This document shows positions 23,700 to 36,046 of a DNA stretch of 64,000 nucleotides, piece after piece (the first letter of the stretch is position 1; each line of letters opens with the position of its first letter). Made by a program: the position numbers and the translations under genes. The stretch lies in the NCBI GenBank assembly GCA_010093815.1, contig ML996583.1; one strand, written 5' to 3'. The notes below the pieces were generated by a model, which was not told the DNA's origin, did not search any database, and saw only the letters and a list, made by a program, of their open reading frames with translations. This DNA comes from Pseudovirgaria hyperparasitica (lineage: Eukaryota).

Positions 23700-26600
23700 G
23701 ACGGCGTGGAGGGTGGAGGTGTTAGCTAGGCTCTCTCTCTCTCTCTCTCTCTCGTGTTTTGGGGGATGGGGGTCTACGCTTTCGAGCACACAAATCTCTA
23801 TGTATACATACATATATATATATACACTCACACACACTCACACACAACAATAACAACAATGACAACAACAAGGACGGTAGGAACATGGAAACCATGGGGA
23901 AGAGTATATATATATAACTAAGAATTAGAGTAAAGAAGAAGAATTAAGTGCTCACTGCATTCATTCTTGACCTTTTTTTTTTCTTTTTTTTCACTTGACT
24001 TAACTATGGTCTCTCTCATGCGTTACCGAACGGGGACATCCACGTCCCTGTCTGTCTGTTGACTGTCTCTCTCCATGCCTCGGACATATCACCACCCATC
24101 CACCCCTTCCCTTTGGATATTTGGTAAAAAAAGCTATTTATTTATATATCCACGATCGACCTCGGGACTAGGAAAGCTGACTTGTACAGGAATGGTACCA
24201 GACTAACACAGACTAACACAGCCCAAAACCAACACGACACAACCTACGGTAAATGTACACAATATACATGTGTGAAACTAGACTTAAACGCCCCCCCTTT
24301 CCTCCCTCTCTTCTCCCTCCCCCCTTTTTAACCTTTTCAATTTCCCTCTCCTCCTCCTCCTTAAAACGGTATTGTGCGTGTGTCGGAATGTTAGAATGTT
24401 AGAAACGTCAATTATACCAGAATGTCAATACATCAATACATTAACATGTCAAAAAAGGCGGATTGGGGCTATTACTAGGGGGGGGACTAGGACTAGATGG
24501 AGTATTATTACCCGAAAGTTTAATTATTTTTCTTTTTCAAATTGGGAGGGAAGGGGAGGGAAGGGGAGGGAGGGAGGGAAAAGGGAGGGTTTCTGATTGC
24601 CTTTTACGGTTTACACCTCCCTGCCTTCTCCTTTCTTCTTTTTTTTAGGCCTTCTTTTACCTTCTGTTGCTTTTTTAGGGGGCTTTTTTGTACTTGGTAT
24701 GGGAGTGGAGGGATGGGGATTAAGAGGGTTGGGGTTGGGTATGGGTATGGGATGGGTATGGGATTGGATGTTGCGGGAGACTATTAGGATGTATGTACTG
24801 TACTGGTTAGGATGATATGTTGGATGTAAATTAGGGAGGAGATCGTTGGATAGGGTAGGGTAGGGTGGGATAGGATACAGGGATGGACGGCACGCAAGAT
24901 GCAGATCCTACTACAGCATAGACATCACATTAGACTACCTAAACTAGATCCTACTATAGTATAGATACTATAGATCCTTCTATAGTAGACTACTATAAAC
25001 GGATAAAGCATATCACCTAGGCGATGATATATAGGTCCTACCCCGACAAGGACGGCATGTAAACGGGATATAGACACATGGACAAGACATGGATGGCCAG
25101 CGTGTAAACAGACGCATGGACATAGACACATGGACACAGACACATAGATAAGACACATGGATAAGACATGGATGGACGACATATAAACAGACGCACAGAT
25201 AAGATAGGATATAGGGATACACGGCACGTAAGATGTAGATCCTACTATAGTATAGATATTATATTAGACTATCTAAACTAGATCCTACTATACTATAGAT
25301 ACTATAGATCCTTCTATAGTAGACTACTATAAACGGATAAAGCACATCACCTAGGCGATGATATACAGGTCCTATCCCGATAAGGACGGCATGTAAACGG
25401 GATATAGACACATGGACAAGACAGGATACATTGGTAGACGGCACGCAAGATGCAGATCCTATAACCGACACAGACACTAAAGATCCTACAACAGCACAGA
25501 CACTACAGCAGACTAATGACCATAAACAGACAAAGCACACCACCCAGACGATGACACACAGATCCTACTCCAGCACAGACAGCACACCACCACCTAGACC
25601 ACCACGGATGCCGCATAGACACATCCACTAACCAAAACAGCTCCCCAACCCTCCACCACCACACCACCGAAACAAGACATAGAACCCTACACCGACACTC
25701 CGGTATCTATAGATTCCACACCCCCTTACCACCCCTACCCCAACACAGACTCCTCCCGCTCCAAGAGGGACCAAGACTGCCATACACAGACAGACAGAAG
25801 CACGCCACCGACAAGTCCAGCCAAAAGACACATACACATGTAAACAAGACCATGGATACCACAAACAGACAAAGCACGCCATCCACTCACACGCCAGGAT
25901 ACTACCAATACATCCCATAGCTATCAGGAGGATCGCATAGTATACTCCGGCTACAGACTCTCTCTGGTAGGACATGGACCCCCCTTCTCTACACCTCTAT
26001 CACACACAGACTCGCGCAGACTCGCGCTATAGGATAAGACTCAGACTCATCCCTCCTGGATAGTACGTACACACACAGACATGCAACACACAGGCCCTAC
26101 CCTCCACCACCAAACTCTACCGAGACAAGAGATATCGCCGCACGCAGAACACCGAAACACTAAACACAGAGAAACGCGGGAGTAGATCACGGCATTTCCT
26201 TCCTTCGTTCCTTCATTCACCCCATCCAACCCATCCCATCCATCCCATCCACTCACTCAATCCAACCCATCCATCCCATCAATCCACCCATCCATCCACC
26301 CATCAATCCACCCATCAATCCACCCATCAATCCACCCATCAATCCACCCATCAATCCATCAATCCACCCATCAATCCACCCATCAATCCACCCATCAATC
26401 CACCCATCAATCCCAAGCATAACCCCCCCCCCTCGCCCACATCTCAAAAGCCCATATCCTTCTTTACACGCCATCATCATCAGCATCACAACACAACACA
26501 ACACAACACAACACAACACAACATCTCACCCCACCCCGCTGTCTCCTCCTCCTCCACCTCTACCGTCATTCTCCTTCTCCTTCTCCTTCTCCTTCTCCAT

Positions 26601-27000
26601 TCTTCCCCCGGTTCTCCGTCGCCATCTCCGTCGCCCTTCTCCGCTCTGCCTACAACAAACATACGCACTTTACGCACTTACACATCCCATCTACACCACC
26701 GTGGGGAACTTGTCCGTGCGGAAAGGGAGATGGGTGAGCGTTGTGGGGAGGTGGGGAATTAAGGGGAGGAGAGCGTTGTGGGGAGGTGGATAGGGGGACG
26801 GGAGGGTAAGGGGAATAGGGGCTTGTGAGGAGCAACACGAGGCCATCAAGGCAAGGGGAGCAAGGGAAGGCAAGAGGTCGATCATGAGCTAGGGGTTCGT
26901 AGATGTGCGGATGTCGTGATGGGTGACGTGCAGGGTGTTTTACTTCATGTTCGAGGGTATGTGTGATGTGTGATGTGTGATGTGCGGCAAGGGGAGGAGG
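23700..27000. repeat. Second microsatellite island between the convergent PH-protein gene and TPS2
   Basis: (CT)n 23731-23753, (TA)n, purine/pyrimidine blocks 24290-24660, (AATCCACCCATC)n ~26281-26410, (CAACA)n ~26487-26523 and (CTCCTT)n. Confidence 0.85.
24887..25620. repeat. Direct tandem repeat, three copies, with RIP-like transitions
   Basis: Units start ACGGCACGYAAGATGYAGATCCTA at 24887, 25221 and 25438. Copies 1 and 2 align over ~200 bp and differ mostly by C/T. Confidence 0.9.
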
Positions 27001-27341
27001 GCATGGATAGATGGATCGACACAGAAGTCCCAAGTTTGCGTCAACAAGATACGTGCTCTTTTCTATGCATGCATACATGGATGCATGTGTTTGCGTCTAT
27101 GGAGTAATGCAGATCCAGGACCATTCAATCGTCTATGTGCGCACGTATCCACAGCCTGTCCTCCCAAACGCGATGCTGTCAACATACTCCTCGAGTGGGC
27201 CTTGCTCGATGTCCTAATCCTACCACAATCGTCTATCCGGAGATATGCACAAGGGGTGCTCGCATCGCCGTGTGATCCGCGCCACCGCCCTTACTGATCG
27301 TCGTCATGGTCGTCACTACATGCAGCGTGTGAGCATCAAGT

Positions 27342-30300
27342 CTACAGCCTGCTCTCCGGAACTTGCCCGTCGACGACAGCTACAGCACCGACATTCCCCG
27401 CGTCGGCAGTGCCGTTGAGCAGCGAGACGACGGAGATGACGTCGCCAGGCTCAAGGAGATGCCAGCTAGCCAGCGTCTGCTTCGAGCTGGCGCCAACCGT
27501 GACGGAGAACACGTGGTCGTCTGGAAGCGAGGTCTGGCGGAGCGAGCGAAACATATCTACGAATCTTGTTAGCATTCATATCCCACACAACAGAACCACA
27601 AGTGCCGAATCGTACCTTCGTCCGTGAAGTCGTCGCCTAGACAGAGCACGAATTCTGGTGGGTCGCCTTCTTCGTTGCCATACGCCTTCACCAGACGCTT
27701 TGCGATTTCACCTTTGTTGACAAAGCGAGGCCGCACTTCGAGATTCGCTTTGCCAGTCATGACTTCCACGTCCCACTTCTTGGCCACGGTGGCCTCGAGG
27801 TGCTTCTGACACTCACGTGCCTGGAAGGCGCCATACTCGGGATCAGCTCGACGGTAGTGCCATGTCAGCGCTATCTTCTTGCGCTCGATAAACGAGCCTC
27901 GAAGCCTGTTAGTGCATGCGCTCCTAGTGTACAGCAACTTGCTCACCTTGAGTACGCTCAGTGTAGAACTGGAAGATACGCATCACTTCAGATTGCCAGC
28001 TCATGTCCGTCTTCTCCGTAAGATTCTCCCACTCTTCAGACCCTGGATGGCGCATGAAGCTGCCGTGTTCGGCACTCAGTCCTAGCTCAGAGATGTGGCC
28101 CATCCATTCATCCAAGAATGCCTGATCACGACCGCTGATGATCCAGACAGAGTTTGCCGGGTCGGATGCCAGAGTCTTTATGGTCCGAATCACACGGTCT
28201 GATGGAATAGCTGACTGTGGATCCCTCACGATCGGAGTCAAAGTACCATCATAATCGAACATGAAAAGGCGTTTCCGTGAGTTTCTGTACTGGTAGAGCA
28301 GCTTCGCACGATCCAAAGCTGGAGTGGCAAAAGACTGATCAAAGGAAGCTAGGTTGGTCATAAGCCGCTTGAGATAGTTCGTGGTCCACGCTTGTACGTT
28401 GTTTGCCACTACGTGCTCATACAGTCGATCTTGTTGCGCCTTGCGTTGGTCTTCGTCCATTGTCAGCGCGCGATCTATTGCATCTGCAACACCGCCAAGA
28501 TCCCACGGGTTGACATGTATCGCGTTACCCAGGCTGCCTGCTGTTCCTGAGAACTCGGATAGAATGAGAGGTCCAGAGTGGTCTTTCTGGCAGATTACAT
28601 ACTCTAGACTGGTCGTATTCATGCCATCTCGAACACTTGTTATAAGACCGACATCGGCGAGTCGCAGTAGTGCAAAGTATTCCTCCTTCGCTAGATACTG
28701 CGGATAGTGCTGTACTGGAGTGAAACTGAGCGAGCCATAGGCACCGTTGATACGAGCAGCAAGGTCGGAGATCTTGTTGATGAGCTTACTGTCCTCGTTG
28801 TCCGGATCTCCTGGGACGCTTCCTGGACTTGTGACCTGGATGAGCACAACCTTGTCTCTCCACTCAGGATAACGTTCCAAGAATATCTCAAAGGCTTGTA
28901 GCTTCTGGGTAACACCCTTGATCGCATCTAACCTATCACGACCAACGATAATCTTCTTCCCAGCATACAGCTCTTTGATTGCCTGCATTTTTTCTGCTAT
29001 TACAGGATCATCAAACGCAGCCTTCTTGGTTGTCTCCGCATTGATCCCGATCGGGAAAACATCGACTGCGACGTGAGCTCCGTAAGCGTCAACGCCTGCA
29101 GATGAAGAGTCGAAACCCAAGATACGAGTACAGCAAGACGAGAAGTGGCGAGAGTAGCTGTAAGACTGAAAGCCAATCATGTTGGCACCCAGCACACCCT
29201 CGAGAATCTCCTTCCGCCGACTCAAACATCTGTAGAACTCGCTACTCGGGAACGGGACATGCAGGAAGAAGCCAATATATACGTGTGGGAGACGCTGGCG
29301 CAACAAGCTTGGGAGGAGCAACAAGTGATAGTCGTGGATAAGGATGATGTCTCCAGGTTTGTAGATTTCCAATATTCGATCCGCGAAGAGCTTGTTCATG
29401 CGGTAGTAGTCTGCCCAATGTTTTCGAGCGGCCCGGCCGTCTTTCGGCTCATTCTGCTTGTAATGGAAGAGGGTGTACAGTTCATTTTCGGCAAATTTCC
29501 TCCACCTCGACTGATCTTTAATGATGGCGGTCTCGGTCTTGTCATCATATTCGTCCATGAGCCAGACAGGAACTATTTTTCCACCATTGTCGCGCTCAAG
29601 CTGCTTCTCCAGCTCCCGTCTTTTGTCTTTGGTGATATGAAACCCCTCAGATTGACCAGGAACAGGCGGTTTTCCACCGTTCACCGGGATTGGAGCTGAG
29701 GCTTTGTTGATAGGATTTACATTTGTAGCGGAATTTGTTGCTGCATGCGTTGGTATTTCAATAAATTCCCCAGTCCAGCCAACCAGAGTGTGGTCCCAGG
29801 GGGAGGAAGGAGACGCAAGGTAAGAGAAAGAGTCGAAGAGGGCGGAGGTTCCACGTCTTGATCTGAGTTCCTAGACAACATAAGCAAGAATGCCAGCATG
29901 GATCTGAATCCAGTACTTACCCAATCGCCGCCTGGAGAATATCCTATGTTATACGGGACACAGAAGGCTGCACTGATGATGCCACCGCTCAGATTGAGTC
30001 CTGGATGTGCGGCTTTTGGGTCTATCTCGACCTTGTCCTTCCCAATGTTTGTGGGCGGGGACTTGGCCAGGCTCAATCGACGGAGCAATTCTGCTCCCGA
30101 CGTTGCACCCTTTGCAACCTCTGTAGGCGAACTAGGGCGTCCGCCATTTTGTGCTTCAAAGTAAGAGTCAGGGTTTGCTGGAGGGAACGGTGTCCCGTCG
30201 GCCGTAGAGCTCGGTTCGGTGTAGGCAGACTGTCCACTCATGTGCACGCCTGGAGTTACAGGCGGAAGCCCTCTGGAGCCATAGAAGTTCGTGGGAGACT

Positions 30301-30400
30301 CCTCGGCTAACCTCACAGAACGAGGCGACTGCGAAGATTTGGGGGACTTGGGTGAGGATGGTGCCGACATGGACTCGGTTTCTTGTGAATCCTGCTGCAT
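27342..30400 (-). CDS. TPS2: Trehalose-6-phosphate phosphatase subunit (GT20 + HAD domains), 966 aa
   Basis: IHDYHL, FFLHVPFPSSE, VGRDRLD and RDGMNTTSLEY; HAD motifs MFDYDGTLTPI, IISGRD, SAEHG and CLGDDFTDEDMF. Introns 29871-29920, 27898-27946 and 27557-27615. Confidence 0.95.
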
Positions 30401-31398
30401 TGTGACGAACAGAGATCAGCTTCAGCAAAATATTGAACGATTCGGGCGCAGGCCGAAGGCGATTGAGAGAATGATGCAACGTAGCAGCTAACAACAGTGT
30501 AGTCAAAGGGTGAGGGTGGAGCCAGTAAACATAACGGTAGGTAAGATGAGTAAGGATTGAGCACTGTCAAGCAGGAGAAAGCAGCGAGGGACGAGTACGG
30601 TCGGTGATAGGTAAAGGTCAGGTCACCCCAGACTTCTTGCTGCTCACCTTGCTTTTAGCTGGTACAGCAGGTATGTCTTTCGCTGCGTGTCCACAGCTGG
30701 GGACGAGGATGGATCCAGAGTATACCACTGTAGCCCACGTTGCGTCACTCTGGCATTCTCAGACGAGCAGGGATGTCGCTGGGGTTTGATTGGTCGGGGA
30801 GGTCAAGGATGGGACGAGGTAAGAGTGGATGAGGCGGTGGTAGGTATGTTATGAGTTGTCGTTTAAGGTTGAGCAAAGGGAGCGAGCGACAGAGGGAGAG
30901 ATGGACTTTTTGACTTTAGCGTAGTCAACGATACCTGGATAGAAGTTGGACAGCAACAGCAGAAACCGGGGAAACAGAGCAGGTGCACTGGTGTTTGGTG
31001 ACAATGATGATGATGAAATGAAAGGTGGTGTTTGGACCGCCCACCTCCACTGCACCTACTAATAGAACTACGTACTAAACAGGTAAGGTATGTACTCTAT
31101 TCCTTTAGCTTCCGGTCACCCCAAGTTTCGTCCAACGGCACGCCAGCACACGCCAGAACACGCTAGGGAATCCCCAGACGTAGCGTATTTATAGGCACGA
31201 TGCTGCGCCGCCCGTGGGCTAGCCGTTTCAGCTTTTCGTTCGGAAGGTTACTTAGATTACCTGCTTACTGTGCTTATATCGGTGTATCAAATTTCTCTAT
31301 CGTGAGCTTCCAAGCTAGGTTTGCGCGTATCTGTGCTCTGCTACTCATTCTGCAACGGGAGACCGCAGCACTCTCGGGCTTGCCCACTCCTTCACTCC

Positions 31399-33616
31399 AT
31401 GAGACCAACGGTCCCCCGGATCTGTGTTGCCCGCAATACCTTCAAATGTCACGATGCCTTGCTGCGAATCTTCTTCTCCTCGGAGAGATGCATGTCTACC
31501 ACTTCCAGACTCGATGAGCCCTTCGGAACTCTACTACGCACCCACCGCTCCAAGCCCAATCCCACAGACGAATCGAAACAGGAGCCCATCCCAGGTGTCA
31601 CCAAGGAAATAGTCGCTGCCAACATACGGCAATTGAAAGATATCCATCCCAAAGATCTCGAGGCGACACTTGAAGCTCATCGTGCATCCAATGCCGCGTA
31701 TGCGGAACGTGTGGCAAGCACACCACCTGTCAACGTCGGCACGCGGAGTCGCGATGCAGGTAAAAGGGACCTGGAGCAGTATAATGGGAAAATGATGAAA
31801 AATATGAACAAACGCTTGAATAAACAACTCGACAGTAGACTGAAAGACAAGCGCCAGCCAAGCTCAGGCACAGACCCTGAAGCAAGGAAAAAGCCAGTAA
31901 CAAGGCCGAAAGAAAGCACGCTGAATATACAGCGAGGAGCCTCGAAAGCCACGCTTAGTAGCTCAGAGCGAAGACAAATGAACGATGCAGAGAAGTTGGA
32001 ATACGAAGGCACGGTAATCCAACCAATGGTCGATACCGTCGTCGAACCGGAGAAGTTACCCTGGTATATTGATGAATCAGAAAGACGCCGACTAGGCCTT
32101 GATGGGCTTAAGCGGTAAAAGAATTCTGTCATGTACATCCTCATTCGCAGCGCTAATCATTGCAGACTTGATCTTGAAATCGAAAGGTTCCATGCCTACG
32201 TTCTGCCTTCTCCCGTACACGAAGCTGCCAGGGCGCAAGTAATCGCAGACACTCGAGCCAATATAAAGCGATTTGTTGATGGAATATCTAGTGAAGTCTT
32301 TGGGTCGGTTCGCACAGGCTTGGCTTTGGCAACCTCCGACATTGATATCCGCATACGTCTCAATGAGGCCCCTCGTGGCGCCCAAGGCAAAACGGCTCCT
32401 AGATTCTGGATCCGAAAGGAGCTAGGGTCTTCGCTGAAGAGATTCCATGATCGTATTCACGGGAATATTGTCAGTCATAGGAAACGTTCAATCTCACCGC
32501 CATATATGCTTGTGGAATATCGCCACGCGCGTTATCCATTAATTTCAATGCAGCATATCAAGTCGGGCCTTGACGTTCAGATTGTGTGCGCCAACGACTC
32601 AAGTGTATCGAGAGACTACATGGCTACTTATCTGGAGATGTACCCTGGCCTGAGGAGGGTATATAATGTTGTCAAGCTCGCCATGGACGTCAGGGGCCTC
32701 ACAGATGTCTTCCGTGGGGGTCTTGGGTCCTACTCCATTTTCATGATGGTAGCGGCAAGCTTCCGACTCGATGGCGACGCTAAATCGAAAACGCCAGCAC
32801 AGAACCTTCTCCAATTCTTGGATTTCTGGGGTAATCTCGATCTATACACATGGGGAGTCTCGCTTCAACCACCTGCACTGTTCAAGAAAAGTAATTCCAA
32901 GCCGAAGAAGGGAAACCACAAAAATTCCAAACCGCAGGCATCACCAGACGCACACTCTGGGGTAGATGAGGTCGGTTTCATGTGCGTACGGTCATAATTC
33001 AAGCTAACTCCAACCCTAGATCCTCCATGGCCGGACTCAGATCGGCCGCATCGACAAAAATCAACCGTATCTTATGTGTCTGCAAGATCCTGCTGATCCA
33101 CTGAACGATTTGGGCTACAAGTCTTTCGGTATAAAACATATCATAGCGACACTGCGCTCCATCGGCGAAGAGCTGAAAGTCCAAATCAGAGCCGACAGTC
33201 AAGGTTCACTCCTCGAGCCTGCAGTCGGGCCAGCTTTCCCCTTGCATCTGTCGCGGAGATGGAAGCTGGAAGAATATGGGCGCGAAGTCATGAGTCAAGA
33301 CGCTGTCCCAAGCATTGCTGACGTCATCAGCAACGAGCCTGATGTGCGTCCTGATAAGGAGGCCCGTCGTGCATGGGCCTATGCCCAAAAACGTGCCGAG
33401 AGACATGGAAAGCAACTGATCGCCATGAAGGAGGCGAACAAGGCTGACCAGAATGAACATGAACAACAAGTACATGCCAAGCGCCTGGAAGACTCGCCTG
33501 TCATGGCTACTACACCTGTAGAAAGTCGTGATACAAGTGATGAAGAGGCACAAGGGTCGACGGCTTCGCCAAGGGCTGTACAAGAGGATGACGTGATTCG
33601 ACCAGAGCACTCATGA
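31399..33616 (+). CDS. Non-canonical poly(A)/(U) polymerase, Trf4/Cid14-like Pol-beta nucleotidyltransferase, 705 aa
   Basis: VFGSVRTGLALATSDIDI, HARYPLI, RGLTDVFRGGLGSYSIFMMV and PAP-associated CLQDPADPLNDLG. Introns 32115-32165 and 32971-33019 restore one frame. Confidence 0.85.
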
Positions 33617-34122
33617 CATGTATTTGCCTGCTCAGTTTCAATTCACCAACGTAATTACAGCGGATGGCTCTAGCCGGAAGAGGAAGCATGTTACAGTGTA
33701 GAAATATACAAAGGACCCGAGACTACTGTTACTACTTTAACGTCGCGCGTCAAAACTTTGGTCCATCTAGAGCTTCATCCAGGGCTTCTGAGCTGTGATA
33801 CGTGAATCTAGGACGGCACATATCATGCGAGAGGTAGTAGAGCAGAGTAGAATACGTGCTCCTTCGTATCCACGGGCACGTTAAACCATGCTCTCAAGTG
33901 GCTATGGAAATATATACAGGCCTGCATGCATACATCCAATGACAACTGGACCAGCCAGAAGCCAACCACTGTCCCAGCATAAAAGGATCAATCACACCAG
34001 CAACCAATCCGTCAACAGATCATAGCTAGCCTGCCCCCCTGCTTCCATCATGACTCATATCATCCCTCATAACCCATCGTCAAGCCATACGCTATAAGCA
34101 ACCTTCCATCCCTCCGCACCCC

Positions 34123-36046
34123 CTAAACCAAAGCCCTCATAAACCTCGACCGCACCTTAGGCGCCTCCGTCGCCACCGCCGCCTCCGCAATCGCCGGCGG
34201 CGCCGGCACAACCTGATACACATGCCCGGGCTTCGCCCCACTCGTATTAGCAGGCACATACGGCGCATTCGCCGTGCCCACGGGATCCGGCTTCCCCACC
34301 ATCTCCTCAAGCGCACCCAGCGCGTGCGGCTGCACAGCAGGCGGGGTAAACGCCGGCGCAAGCGGAGTCGCGGGGGGTACATCTGGCAGCGCAGCGACCC
34401 AGCTCGCGACCTGGCCGGCCTGGACCATGCTGCTGACCAGCGGGGCGGCGGGGGCGAGGCCTGTACCGCTGGGAACAGCGGCCATGCATGATGTTGCGAG
34501 CTGGAATGTAGTTGAAGCGAGGGGCAGTTCGGTGGCGAAGTCTGGGATTACGGGGGCGGCGAGTTGGGCGCTGAGGCCGAGGACGACGCCGATGGAGAAG
34601 TCGACGAGGGTGAAGTCGCCGAGGGCGCTGGCGAGGGGGTCTGCTGCGTCGGCGGGGGCGGCGTCGGCGGGGAGGGGGTTACAGTTCTGGTCGACTTTGG
34701 ACTGGGTTGAGAAGGTGGCGGAGAGGGAGGGGAGGTCTGCGAAGATGCCGACTTCGGCGGTTGCGGAGCCGACGAATTCGAAGCCGAGGGTGAGGCGGGG
34801 CCGGAAGCCTGTTGCGAGGGTCATTTCGACGGCGGAGACGTTGGCGTTGAAGGGGAGGGCTTCGACGGTTGGGTTGGTGAAGCCTGTGGTGCTGGAGCTT
34901 CCGAAGTCGGCGAAGTTGATGCGGATCTCGGATTTGTCGGGTATGGATGCGGTGAGGCCGTAGGTGAATTCGATGCCGCCTTTGACGCCGAAGCTGAGCG
35001 AGATTTCAGGGGAGAAGTTTACTCCTGCGTTGCCGATGCCCGGAATGGAGAATCCGAGGGCTGGGATGGGGATGCTGGGGAGAGGGAGCTCGGTTGTGAA
35101 TTCGGCGGAAGGGGTGGCTGCCATCTCGAGGCGAGCGCCGATCCCGTTACCGATCATGGAGATAAAGCCAGATTGGAATAGGTCGATGCCATCGCCGTCG
35201 AAGACGTTGAGGTCCATTTCGAATTCGCCGGCAGATAGTTCCAAGCTGCCGGAAGTGGAGCATTCCACACAGCGGATCTCGACTGGAATGCCTACTGGGA
35301 GAAGGTCGGTTATGTTAGTCGGTAATGGCAAGACCGTATCCTTGACAACACTGTTGAGGTCAATGGTAATTCCTGGACTGCCATTGTTTTCTGGAAGAGG
35401 AAACGGAGCTTCAGGGGCCTGTCGGCGGCGAAGGCTCTGGCCATCACGGAAAACATGACCTTCCTTACTTTGACCAAACTCGAGCTTCATATTTGTGAAA
35501 GCTTTGTGGAAAGGGATCTTCGTCGCCTTGAACGATAGGCCTTTCTCACTGGAAGCATGGTGCTTGACCTGGTATGCAGTACGCTCACCATCCGGGTTGC
35601 ATCCGTCATGTGAAGTGATGATGTATGCACCATCTTCGTTGTCACAGGCACCCCTTAGAGCCTCTTGGGCTTCGCGGGACCGAAGTTCGACGGTTATGTG
35701 GGAACTTCCACATTGGACATCTTCGAGATGGTGTTCAATTTCCTCAAACGTAATGATTGGAAGATTCGAGCCGAATCTGACCTTGGAAAAGAATGTGTTG
35801 CTCAGGTCGTGGGCATTCTCAACTACATTTATGTTAGAAATGATACATATCTGGGACCAAGAAGCTCTTACCATCAGCATATATCAATTCTGTCGAATAA
35901 GATGGGCGAATAGTAGGATCTCTCTTCATAAGATCAGATCTCTTCACTGCCGCCTTCATCTGTAGGACACCAGATGGCCCTGTGGAAGCGATTGCAAAGC
36001 CAGTAAGAACAGGCAAAAAAGTCACAACCTTGATAATTGAAGGCAT
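34123..36046 (-). CDS. Secreted uncharacterised protein (signal peptide, Kex2-like dibasic sites, beta-rich core, P/A-rich tail), 624 aa
   Basis: MPSIIKVVTFLPVLTGFAIAS signal-like N-terminus; intron 35823-35871; motifs ITSHDGCNPDGER and CVECSTSG. Confidence 0.8.

Noticed and set aside
24598..24608. U5 loop-like TGCCTTTTAC
   Set aside because: No enclosing stem or Sm site, and it lies in low-complexity DNA.
24887..26410. CRISPR-like array interpretation of the tandem repeats
   Set aside because: Eukaryotic locus with no repeat-unique spacer periodicity and no cas genes.
34274..35965. Long plus-strand ORFs (229, 164, 156 aa)
   Set aside because: Antisense shadows of the GC3-rich secreted protein gene.
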